From the NCBI GenBank assembly GCA_963805855.1, contig CAWDVW010000007.1, positions 384,001 through 448,000 on the forward strand: a stretch of DNA of 64,000 nucleotides. Reading direction: 5' to 3'. The notes under the pieces are model-generated. The model had not been told where the DNA came from. It did not search any database and saw only the letters and a program-made list of their open reading frames with translations. The position numbers and the translations under genes are program-made. The stretch comes from Candidatus Dadabacteria bacterium. Its GTDB lineage: Bacteria; Desulfobacterota_D; UBA1144; Nemesobacterales; CSP1-2. This document shows positions 40,952 to 50,059 of this stretch, piece by piece; the stretch's first letter is position 1; the number at the start of each line of letters is the position of its first letter.

Positions 40952-42253
40952 ATGAAACACCCCTGGGATACAAGCACACGCTTAAATTTTGAATACCACG
41001 ATAGAGATATAGAGCTCGTTTCCTGGAACAGGTTAAAGAAGATTTCGCCGCCGTCTGATCCAATGGAAAATTATGAAGATGAATCTGGATGGTGGGTAAT
41101 CTTGACTGACGGAAGAGGTAATGTGGTTTATAGACAGGTAATCCACAATCCGATTCGTATTGACAAGGAATTATTCTCGTATGGAAGGAAAGGGGGTGTT
41201 AGCTGGGAGATCCCGAATGCTGCAGAACAAAATGCGGAGTTCTCAGTTTTAGTTCCTGACATTCCAACGGCTACCCACCTCTCTCTTTACGGCAGTTTTG
41301 AAGAGGATGAAGTATCAGTGCCCTCCTGGGAAATATTGACTTTGGAACTTGGGTTGGAGGATCTTGAATTAGATATTGAAACGCTAGCGGCGCCTCGGGA
41401 TTTAGAAGAGGGAAGGCTTGTAGGGATTACAAAATTGGTCGATAATGGTTCCTCTACCGAACAATGGAACCTTGTATTGCTTTCGGAGGGATATCGAGAG
41501 AGTGAGATTCCCGATTTCCGTCAGCATTCAGAGGATTTCGTTTCAAAATTGAAAGCTACACCTCCCTTTACGGAATTATGGGATTTAATAAATGTGTACC
41601 TTGTAAATGTTGCCTCAATAGACAGCGGGATTGCGGATCCAAAAAATCCACAGGATAATCCGAGAACGTACTTCGATGCGCGTTTCTACAACTTTGCGCT
41701 GAATGACAGATTGATAGTGGCGAATCAGGATCTAGCATTGCTTGTCGTAAGACAAAACGTTCCAGAATATAATGTGGCAATGATGATAGTGAATACGAAA
41801 CTTTATGGTGGTTCAGGTGGAACAGTAGCCGTGTTTTCAGCTCATCCACAATCTGCTAAAATCGGCATTCATGAAATGGGTCACTCTGCGTTTGGATTGG
41901 CAGATGAATATGAATATGCGGGAAGCAATGGGCTGATTGGAAACCACTACTCCGGCCAGCCACGCTCAGAGTCTAATATCGCCACCTCAATCGAGCGCGC
42001 AAAGCTAAAATGGGGTCATTTGATTGATCAAGAGCTTGAAATCCCCTTTTTCCGGAATCCCAATTGTAACGACTTCAGTCCTAATCCACCTCCTCATCTA
42101 ACTGGCAAGGTGGGAGCCTTCGAGGGTGCTTTCCATCATCATTGCGGAGTTTACAGACCAGAGGCATTCTGTATTATGCGATCACTGGGTCATAAATCTT
42201 TTTGTAAGGTTTGTGCGGACAGGATAAGAAGAATTATTTCATCAAACGTTTAA
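40952..42253 (+). CDS. M64-family (IgA peptidase-like) zinc metallopeptidase
   Basis: LSEGY, YGGSG, HEMGHSAFGLADEY, GAFEGA, YRP..CIMRSL and FCKVC motifs. Confidence 0.88.
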   Translation: MKHPWDTSTRLNFEYHDRDIELVSWNRLKKISPPSDPMENYEDESGWWVILTDGRGNVVYRQVIHNPIRIDKELFSYGRKGGVSWEIPNAAEQNAEFSVLVPDIPTATHLSLYGSFEEDEVSVPSWEILTLELGLEDLELDIETLAAPRDLEEGRLVGITKLVDNGSSTEQWNLVLLSEGYRESEIPDFRQHSEDFVSKLKATPPFTELWDLINVYLVNVASIDSGIADPKNPQDNPRTYFDARFYNFALNDRLIVANQDLALLVVRQNVPEYNVAMMIVNTKLYGGSGGTVAVFSAHPQSAKIGIHEMGHSAFGLADEYEYAGSNGLIGNHYSGQPRSESNIATSIERAKLKWGHLIDQELEIPFFRNPNCNDFSPNPPPHLTGKVGAFEGAFHHHCGVYRPEAFCIMRSLGHKSFCKVCADRIRRIISSNV

Positions 42254-43356
42254 TTTGAGCGCCTACTACCTCTGTAGGAAATTTTATAAACTTTACCGCT
42301 TCGATCATCTGAAACATAAAGAGAACCATCCGGTCCCACTAATGCATCAACCGGCCTTCCCAAAACCTTAGTCCCCTGGAGCCAGCCCGTTGCAAAGTCC
42401 TCGATCCCCTCCGGTTTACCGTCTTTCATTCGGATACGCACAAGCTTATATCCGGTTGGGACTGACCTGTTCCAGGAACCATGATAAGCGACGAATAGGT
42501 CTCCCTTGTATTCTTCAGGAAATTGATCCGCTCCATAAAACGCGAGTCCTAGTGGAGCAGAGTGAGCCTGTAATTCAACTATCGGGGCGATGGTATTCTT
42601 GCATCTACGCGGGTCATTAAATTTAGGATCGGGAATCCCATTGCCGTAACAATACGGCCATCCATAATCCTTTCCTTCCCTAACGGTGTTTATCTCATCT
42701 GGTGGCAGATTATCCCCTAACCGGTCTCTTCCGTTGTCGCTGGCCCACATTTCCCCTCTGGCCGGATCCCAGGCCAGGCCTACGGAGTTTCTCAAACCCT
42801 CGGCAAATACCTTTCCATCACTTCCATCGGGATTGAATTGTAGAATTGCTGCTCGCCGTCTGTCTTTCTCTTCACAGACATTGCAGGAGGAGCCAATGGA
42901 TACGTACATCTTTCCATCCGGGCCAAAGGTGACTGTCCTTGTAAAGTGCCCGCCGGTAGGGAGGTTTGGAACAATTATTTCTTTCTGACCCGGTTTCGAA
43001 TTAATACCGCTATATTTATAGCGTACAATCTGATTAGTCTCACCGATATAGAGGTAACCCTTGTAAAAGACTATGCCATGCGGACGATTTAGTCCTTTCA
43101 AGAACGTAATCTTTTTATCCGATTTACCGTCTTTATCTTTATCAGGAATTGCAACGACTTCTCCTTCTCTTATGATAGTTGCAAAAAGAACACCGTCTGG
43201 ACTAAATGCCATAAATCTTGGGCTGCCGAGACCGGTGGCAAATTCTTCAATAATAAATCCTTGTGGTAGTTGGATTTTGTCGGCGAAAGAAAAAAGATCC
43301 CCGGAAAAGAACATAAAAAATAAAAATACAACCGAAGTAACAACATGGGTTCTCAT
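42250..43356 (-). CDS. PQQ-dependent sugar/sorbosone dehydrogenase family protein
   Basis: Signal peptide; GSSCNVC, GLRNSVG, DYGWPYC, AHSAPLG, HGSWNR and DGSLYVSDD motifs. Confidence 0.9.
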   Translation of the reverse strand: MRTHVVTSVVFLFFMFFSGDLFSFADKIQLPQGFIIEEFATGLGSPRFMAFSPDGVLFATIIREGEVVAIPDKDKDGKSDKKITFLKGLNRPHGIVFYKGYLYIGETNQIVRYKYSGINSKPGQKEIIVPNLPTGGHFTRTVTFGPDGKMYVSIGSSCNVCEEKDRRRAAILQFNPDGSDGKVFAEGLRNSVGLAWDPARGEMWASDNGRDRLGDNLPPDEINTVREGKDYGWPYCYGNGIPDPKFNDPRRCKNTIAPIVELQAHSAPLGLAFYGADQFPEEYKGDLFVAYHGSWNRSVPTGYKLVRIRMKDGKPEGIEDFATGWLQGTKVLGRPVDALVGPDGSLYVSDDRSGKVYKISYRGSRRSN

Positions 43357-43406
43357 GGAAACTATTCTAAGGCCAACGATTTGTTTATCAAGGTTGTAAG
43401 ATTTCC

Positions 43407-43430
43407 TCGGGACTGGAAAGTCCCGACTAT
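43407..43430 (-). terminator. hairpin downstream of lipB (terminator or REP-like)
   Basis: TCGGGACTGGAAAGTCCCGA, an 8-bp stem; ATAG 5' flank on the minus strand resembles a GTAG REP. Confidence 0.45.
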
Positions 43431-43443
43431 CTTTTCAATTCAC

Positions 43444-44121
43444 TCAAAGGGAAAAAGAATAATCACTTGATACGTGAGGATTCATCTCGAAAACGCGTGA
43501 AAAGGATCCGATTATACTATCTTTAACCTCGGACATCTCAATATCCTTTTTATTACCTGACAGCTCTCTTATCGATGTCATTTTGATGCCCGGAATTCCG
43601 CAAGGCACTATCATCGCGAAATAAGATAAATCCGTATTCACGTTTAGAGCAAATCCATGATAGGTTGTCCATTTCTTCACACCAATTCCGATTGATGCAA
43701 TCTTTTCATCCCCCACCCAAACCCCGGTATAATCCCTTTTTCTCTCACCGGAAATGTTAAAATCGCCGAGCGCATTGATGATTACCTCTTCTATATTTCT
43801 CAAAAAGAGATGAATGTCACATTTGTGATTGTTCAGATCCAGAATCGGATAGCCGACTAATTGTCCGGGTCCATGATATGTGATGTCGCCTCCTCTGCCC
43901 ACAATTTCGAAATAGATACCACTATTCTTCAGTTCCTCGTGGTTCTTCAGGAGATTTTCCGGTTTGCCTCTTCTCCCCACTGTGAAGGTCGGAGGATGCT
44001 CTAGCAGTAAAAGAGTGTCCCCGACCTCGCCGCGCCTTATTTTGTTGAGAAGTGATATTTGGAGTTCTAGAGCCTTCTTATAATTCACTGTGCCTAGGTT
44101 GTAAACCGTTAGAACACTCAT
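43444..44121 (-). CDS. lipB: lipoyl(octanoyl) transferase
   Basis: LLEHPPTFT.G, RGGDITYHGPGQLVGYP, KIASIG, HGFALN and IVPCG motifs. Confidence 0.96.
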   Translation of the reverse strand: MSVLTVYNLGTVNYKKALELQISLLNKIRRGEVGDTLLLLEHPPTFTVGRRGKPENLLKNHEELKNSGIYFEIVGRGGDITYHGPGQLVGYPILDLNNHKCDIHLFLRNIEEVIINALGDFNISGERKRDYTGVWVGDEKIASIGIGVKKWTTYHGFALNVNTDLSYFAMIVPCGIPGIKMTSIRELSGNKKDIEMSEVKDSIIGSFSRVFEMNPHVSSDYSFSL

Positions 44122-44146
44122 ACGTCTAGTCTAATCAAATCCCCCG

Positions 44147-44201
44147 TCCTGCATCGACTGCACTCCTGCATCCTGTATCTTGAATCTTGCATCCTGTATC
44201 C
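44147..44201. repeat. short tandem heptamer repeat (TCYTGHA)
   Basis: TCCTGCA TCCTGTA TCTTGAA TCTTGCA TCCTGTA (44164-44198) right after the lpd stop, plus one copy at 44147. Confidence 0.8.
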
Positions 44202-45638
44202 TTACATATTCCGGGCCCGATCTAATGCTGATAAAGCGGCCTCCATGACTGCCTCTGAAAGAGTGGGATGAGCGTGTGGTGTCAATGCAATCTCCAGTGG
44301 AGTTGCCTCCAGGGTCTGTGCAACTCCGATTTCCGCAATGAGTTCTGTTGCGCCATGACCAATAATATGGGTACCTATAATTTCACCCGTAATTGAATCT
44401 GATATTATCTTGACAAAACCATCAGTTTCACCCGTTGCAACTGCTTTCCCGGATGCTCTAAACGGGAACTTGCCAACTTTGATCTTGAGTCCTTTCTCCC
44501 TGGCTGCATCCTCCGTAATGCCGACGGATGCTATTTCTGGCTGGCAGTAAACACAGCTTGGTATCCTGTCATAACGGACCCTGTTTTCCTTCTGTCCAGA
44601 TATCAACTCAACTGTGGTGATTCCCTCTTCTGAAGCCTTGTGAGCTAGGAGAGGTGGGCCAATCACATCGCCAATTGCGTACACATTGCTGCAGGTTGTT
44701 CTATAAGAGCCATCGGTCTTTATGAATCCCTGTTCATTAAGCTCTATATTCAAATCCTTGAGCCCTAGATCATCGGAGTCTTTATAATAGCTCAACGATG
44801 TCGGGGCGGTATTAGCTACAGCCTTCCGACCAACCGCGACCAGTAGCTTTGAAGCTTCGATTACCTTTAACTCTTTACTTGATATTTGTTCAACCGTTAC
44901 ATTAAGCGAATCCTTTAACCGTTTGTAACTATTATATTTACAGTTTATTAGGACCGTTATACCGGATTTCTTGAATACCCTTTCAAGCTCCGAAGCTACT
45001 TCAGAATCCGCCCCGGGAAGTAGATGACTTTCCATCTCAATAATTGTAACCTTACTGCCAAATGAATTATATACATAGGCGAATTCCGCACCTATATAAC
45101 CTCCCCCTATGATGACAATCGATTTGGGAAAATCCTTTGACATGATTGCTTCATCACTAGTGATTACCAGCTTCCCATCTATTTCGAGTCCGGGAAGCGT
45201 CTTAGGCACAGAACCTGTAGCTATCAGCACGTTCTCAGCCTCGATCTCATTCTGGTTCTTGTTGGTGATAATTCCTATTTTATTTCTCGTTATTAATTTA
45301 CCCGTGCCCTGAAGGTGGGCGATTCCGTTTTTCTTGAAGAGAAATTCCACACCCTTACTTAAAGTGGATGAGGCTTTTCGGCTTCTATCGATAACCTTTG
45401 AATAATCAAATGCAAGCCCCTCGACATTGATTCCATAGGAGTTAGACCTCTTAAAATACTCATATATCTCGGCGCACTTGAGGATTGCTTTTGATGGAAT
45501 GCATCCCCAGTTAAGACAGACTCCCCCAGGCTTATCCCTTTCAATAACGGCAACCTTCATTCCCAATTGCGCCGCGCGAATCGCCGCAAGATAACCGCCG
45601 GGACCCGATCCTATCACCGCTAAATTATATTTTTCCAT
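44202..45638 (-). CDS. lpdA: dihydrolipoyl dehydrogenase (copy 1)
   Basis: GSGPGG, GGVCLNWGCIPSK, LAHKA and HAHPTLSE motifs. Confidence 0.95.
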   Translation of the reverse strand: MEKYNLAVIGSGPGGYLAAIRAAQLGMKVAVIERDKPGGVCLNWGCIPSKAILKCAEIYEYFKRSNSYGINVEGLAFDYSKVIDRSRKASSTLSKGVEFLFKKNGIAHLQGTGKLITRNKIGIITNKNQNEIEAENVLIATGSVPKTLPGLEIDGKLVITSDEAIMSKDFPKSIVIIGGGYIGAEFAYVYNSFGSKVTIIEMESHLLPGADSEVASELERVFKKSGITVLINCKYNSYKRLKDSLNVTVEQISSKELKVIEASKLLVAVGRKAVANTAPTSLSYYKDSDDLGLKDLNIELNEQGFIKTDGSYRTTCSNVYAIGDVIGPPLLAHKASEEGITTVELISGQKENRVRYDRIPSCVYCQPEIASVGITEDAAREKGLKIKVGKFPFRASGKAVATGETDGFVKIISDSITGEIIGTHIIGHGATELIAEIGVAQTLEATPLEIALTPHAHPTLSEAVMEAALSALDRARNM

Positions 45639-45646
45639 GGCGTAGT

Positions 45647-45674
45647 ATTATAGCTACGGATTATTAATGGTCAA
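45647..45674 (-). promoter_or_regulatory. sigma70-like promoter for lpdA copy 1, probably leaderless
   Basis: TTGACC-N16-TATAAT, ending 8 nt before ATG 45638; no SD. Confidence 0.55.
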
Positions 45675-45804
45675 TTATCCGCTTTTTTATTTACATTCCG
45701 TACTAGGTATAATAGGATAAAATTGAATAAATATGACGATCACTTAAGATAATAATGACCGGTACGGTTTAAGATCTCTACATTAGCTTATAAAAGGCAG
45801 TAAA

Positions 45805-48489
45805 ATGAGCCGACTTGTAGAAAAAGGTAAAGAAATTTCTCAGCACGAAGCCATCGAAACCCAAGAGTGGATTGATTCGCTTGAGCAGGTTATAAAGACC
45901 AGTACACCCGAGAGGGTCAAACGGCTGATAAAGCAACTACACATCCATGCAAAGAAAGCGGGAATCGATGCCCCGTACGCCGCGAACACACCCTATATAA
46001 ACACAATACCCGTAGACAAACAGCCCCCATTTCCAGGTAGCCGTGAAATAGAAAGGCGAATTAAGAGTCTGATTCGCTGGAATGCTATGGCTATGGTTGT
46101 CAGGGCTAACAGAATAGAAGAGGGGATTGGTGGACATATCTCTACTTACGCATCTACGGCAACACTTTTTGAGATAGGCTTCAATCATTTCTTTCGAGCT
46201 AAGGGGGAAGACCGCGAAGGCGACATTATCTATTTTCAGGGCCATGCATCTCCCGGGGTTTATGCCAGGGCATTTCTGGAGGGACGCCTTTCAATTGAAC
46301 AATTGGAAAATTTTCGAAGGGAGTTAAAACCAGGTGGAGGATTGTCATCCTATCCCCATCCATGGTTAATGCCCAATTTCTGGCAATTCCCTACAGTCTC
46401 TATGGGATTGAGTCCGATTATGGCAATCTATCAGGCACGGTTCAACCGTTATCTTGAGGATCGCGGGCTCAAGAAGCCGTCAGATGCAAAGGTGTGGTGT
46501 TTGATGGGAGACGGAGAAACAGATGAACCAGAATCTCTCGGTGCTATTACCTTAGCAGCAAGGGAGAAATTGGATAATCTGATTTTTGTGATAAATTGCA
46601 ATTTGCAAAGATTGGATGGCCCTGTTCGGGGGAATGGCAAAATAATACAGGAACTTGAGACGATCTTCAGAGGAGCGGGCTGGAACGTAATTAAGGTGAT
46701 TTGGGGAAGCGACTGGGATCCTCTCCTAGCAAAAGATCACGACGGCGTTCTTGTGAATCGCATGGAGGAAGCTGTGGATGGCGATTATCAAAAGTATATA
46801 GTTGAATCGGGTAAATACATCCGCGATCACTTTTTTGGTACTGACCCTCGGCTATTGGATCTGGTTAAAAACCTATCCGATGAACAACTCCAAAAACTTA
46901 GGCGCGGTGGGCATGATCCCGAAAAGGTATACGCGGCATTCAAGGCTGCGATGGATAATACGGGATCACCAACGGTGATCTTAGCTAAGACAATTAAGGG
47001 TTATGGTCTCGGCGAGAGCGGTGAGGGTAAAAACATAACTCATCAACAAAAGAAATTAAATGAGGAAGAGCTCAGGGAATTTCGAACCCGTTTTGGTATC
47101 CCTATCTCTGATGAAGAAGTTTCCAAAGCGCCATTCTATAAGCCCCCTGACGAAAGTCCCGAAATAAATTATCTTCATGAGAGGCGAAAGGAACTTGGCG
47201 GATACATACCTCATAGGTCTGCTAACTGCGAGCCTCTCAAGACTCCTCCTGAAAAGGTTTTCGAAGAATTTCATAAGGGATCCGGAGATAGGGGTGTTGC
47301 CACGACAATGGCGTTTGTAAGACTGCTTTCTAAGTTACTCAAAGACGAGCAGATCGGGAAATTAATAGTTCCTATTATCCCGGACGAGGCCCGTACATTT
47401 GGAATGGAGTCCCTATTCCGCCAAGTTGGTATTTACTCTCATGTTGGACAGCTATATGAGCCGGTAGATAAGGAGACCCTTCTCTACTATAGAGAGGCTT
47501 CAGATGGGCAGATTCTCGAAGAGGGCATTACGGAAGCTGGCTCAATGTCCTCATTTATCGCTGCAGGGACAGCATATTCGACTCATGGCATAAACATGAT
47601 ACCTTTCTTCGTTTTTTACTCCATGTTTGGTTTTCAAAGAATAGGTGATCTTATATGGGCTGCGGGTGACATGAGATGCCGAGGATTTTTGATAGGCGGA
47701 ACCTCCGGTCGCACAACGCTGGCTGGTGAAGGGTTGCAACACCAGGATGGGCACAGCCACGTCTTGGCATATTCTGTGCCAAACTTAAAGACCTATGATC
47801 CGGCATTTGCGTACGAGATAGCCGTAATCATAAGGGACGGCATACGTCGGATGTATGAGGAGCAACAGGATGTATTCTATTATCTGACCGTAATGAACGA
47901 ACCCTATGTTCAACCCCCGATGCCCAAAGGGGTTACGGATGGCATTTTAAAAGGGATGTACAAGTTTAGGGCATCTGCCAACAGAGAGACTAAACATCAT
48001 GCGCAGATACTCGGAAGCGGGTCGATGCTGAACGAGGCTCTTAAAGCCCAGAAGATTCTGGAAGAAAAATACGAAGTAGCCGCCGATGTTTGGAGTGTGA
48101 CTAGCTATAAGGAACTCTATAGGGATGGATTGGATGTCGAGAGGTGGAACATGTTACATCCCTCCGAGATAAATAAAATACCGTACATTACTCAATGCCT
48201 TGGTGACGCGCCAGGCGTTTTCGTTGCGGCTACAGATTACGTGAAAGCGCTACCGGATTCTATCTCGCAATGGCTTCCACGACCCCTTGTCTCGCTGGGA
48301 ACGGACGGTTATGGAAGAAGCGGTAGCCGATCTGCGCTTCGTGACTTTTTTGAAGTCGATTTTAGGTTTATAACCTTGGCGACGCTTGCTGCTCTTGCGA
48401 GAGAGAAAAAGATTCATACCGATGTAGTTCAAAATGCAATAGAAGACCTTGAAATCGAGCCAAACAAACCAAATCCAATGATTTCTTGA
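45805..48489 (+). CDS. aceE: pyruvate dehydrogenase E1, homodimeric type
   Basis: GGHIST, QGHASPG, GDGETDEPES, PDEARTFG and GEGLQHQDG motifs. Confidence 0.97.
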   Translation: MSRLVEKGKEISQHEAIETQEWIDSLEQVIKTSTPERVKRLIKQLHIHAKKAGIDAPYAANTPYINTIPVDKQPPFPGSREIERRIKSLIRWNAMAMVVRANRIEEGIGGHISTYASTATLFEIGFNHFFRAKGEDREGDIIYFQGHASPGVYARAFLEGRLSIEQLENFRRELKPGGGLSSYPHPWLMPNFWQFPTVSMGLSPIMAIYQARFNRYLEDRGLKKPSDAKVWCLMGDGETDEPESLGAITLAAREKLDNLIFVINCNLQRLDGPVRGNGKIIQELETIFRGAGWNVIKVIWGSDWDPLLAKDHDGVLVNRMEEAVDGDYQKYIVESGKYIRDHFFGTDPRLLDLVKNLSDEQLQKLRRGGHDPEKVYAAFKAAMDNTGSPTVILAKTIKGYGLGESGEGKNITHQQKKLNEEELREFRTRFGIPISDEEVSKAPFYKPPDESPEINYLHERRKELGGYIPHRSANCEPLKTPPEKVFEEFHKGSGDRGVATTMAFVRLLSKLLKDEQIGKLIVPIIPDEARTFGMESLFRQVGIYSHVGQLYEPVDKETLLYYREASDGQILEEGITEAGSMSSFIAAGTAYSTHGINMIPFFVFYSMFGFQRIGDLIWAAGDMRCRGFLIGGTSGRTTLAGEGLQHQDGHSHVLAYSVPNLKTYDPAFAYEIAVIIRDGIRRMYEEQQDVFYYLTVMNEPYVQPPMPKGVTDGILKGMYKFRASANRETKHHAQILGSGSMLNEALKAQKILEEKYEVAADVWSVTSYKELYRDGLDVERWNMLHPSEINKIPYITQCLGDAPGVFVAATDYVKALPDSISQWLPRPLVSLGTDGYGRSGSRSALRDFFEVDFRFITLATLAALAREKKIHTDVVQNAIEDLEIEPNKPNPMIS

Positions 48490-48505
48490 TATGGACGGAT
48501 GATCT

Positions 48506-49906
48506 ATGGTAACCGAATTCAAATTGCCTGAGCTGGGCGAAGATATTGCGACAGGAGACGTCATAAACGTTTATGTCTCTGCTGGCGACCGCGTATCGAA
48601 AGACCAGCCCATTATGGAAATTGAAACAGATAAGGCGGCGATTGAGGTTCCGGCACCCGTAAGTGGTGTCATAACTGGAGTGCACGTAAAGGAGGGGGAA
48701 ACTATAAATGTCGGACAATTATTAATTACTATAGAAGAATCCGGAGACGAAAAAATAGAGCCTGAAGTTAAAGACGAGATTCACGAAAAGGAAGAACAAT
48801 CAGCCGAAGAAAAGATCGAGGCTGAAGGGAAGAAGACTGAAGAAAAAATTGCGGAAGTGAAATCTAAAGTTGAGCCAAAAGGAAGGGACCGGGCAGAGAT
48901 TGCAGAAGAAGAATACGAAGAGGAATCGGCCTCGAGGGAAGAAGGTAAAGTCGTGGAATTTGCTCGATCGTCGCAAGCAGATGTTGCGAAAGAATCTCCG
49001 AGAAAACTCGTCCCCGCCTCACCCTCGGTTCGGAGACTGGCTCGTGAGTTGGGAGTGGATATTAATCAGGTTAAGGGTTCGGGCCCGGGGGGACGGATTT
49101 CGGAAGAGGATGTAAAACATTATGCAAGCAAAAAGGTCTCAAAAGCCGGCCCAGAAGAAATTCAAGTTGGGAAAGCTGATACATCTTTACCTGATTTTAC
49201 AAAGTGGGGAGAAATAGAGCGGAAGCAGATGTCCAAGGTAAGACGACTAACGGCAGAGCGGATGACCGCTGCCTGGCGGGCTCCTCATGTGACTCAGCAT
49301 GACAAGGCCGATATTACAGAGTTAGAGAAAACAAGGAAACTCTTTGGCAGGGAAACAGAAAAGGCCGGTGGAAAACTGACCGTGACCGCTATTCTAATCA
49401 AGGTAGTCGGCTCAGCACTTAAGATTTTCCCGCAATTCAACGCTAGCGTAGATATGACAAACAGCGAGGTTATTTACAAGAAATACTATAACATTGCTGT
49501 CGCCGTGGACACTGACAGAGGCCTTCTAGCACCCGTCATAAAGGATGTGGATAAGAAGAATTTGATTGAGCTTGCTGTAGAGCTCACCCAATTGTCTGAA
49601 AGAGCGAGAGACAAAAAAGTCTCGGTCGAGGAACTGCAGGGAGGAACTTTTACGATTAGCAATCTTGGCGGACTCGGGGGTACCTATTTTACACCAGTTA
49701 TCTATTCTCCGGATGTTGCCCTGCTTGGGGTATCGCGCTCCAAAATCGAACCGGTCTTTATTGACGACAAATTTGAACCTCGCCTCATGTTACCGCTTTC
49801 ACTATCTTATGATCACCGAATTATAGATGGGGCGGACGCGGTTCGTTTCTTACGGTGGACCGTTGAAGCCTTGGAACAGCCTTTCAAGGTCATGCTGGAG
49901 GGATGA
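48506..49906 (+). CDS. aceF: dihydrolipoamide acetyltransferase E2 (single lipoyl domain)
   Basis: ETDKA lipoyl site, ASPSVRRLARELG and SYDHRIIDG motifs. Confidence 0.93.
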   Translation: MVTEFKLPELGEDIATGDVINVYVSAGDRVSKDQPIMEIETDKAAIEVPAPVSGVITGVHVKEGETINVGQLLITIEESGDEKIEPEVKDEIHEKEEQSAEEKIEAEGKKTEEKIAEVKSKVEPKGRDRAEIAEEEYEEESASREEGKVVEFARSSQADVAKESPRKLVPASPSVRRLARELGVDINQVKGSGPGGRISEEDVKHYASKKVSKAGPEEIQVGKADTSLPDFTKWGEIERKQMSKVRRLTAERMTAAWRAPHVTQHDKADITELEKTRKLFGRETEKAGGKLTVTAILIKVVGSALKIFPQFNASVDMTNSEVIYKKYYNIAVAVDTDRGLLAPVIKDVDKKNLIELAVELTQLSERARDKKVSVEELQGGTFTISNLGGLGGTYFTPVIYSPDVALLGVSRSKIEPVFIDDKFEPRLMLPLSLSYDHRIIDGADAVRFLRWTVEALEQPFKVMLEG

Positions 49907-50059
49907 AGGGAGTTTTGCCACAAATCTTCAGCGAATTAACACAATTCTGTGAGTGAACCCTTAATTCATGAAATTCTCAATGAATAAATGAAAATCTTAT
50001 TATTAATCCTAATCTCGTGTATGCGAGTGTAACTAAGCCTGGAATGTTGGAATTAGCTT

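Noticed and set aside
49907-50059. Degenerate CCACnAAT/GAATT-type repeat between aceF and lpd
   Set aside because: Too degenerate, with no second copy in the window.
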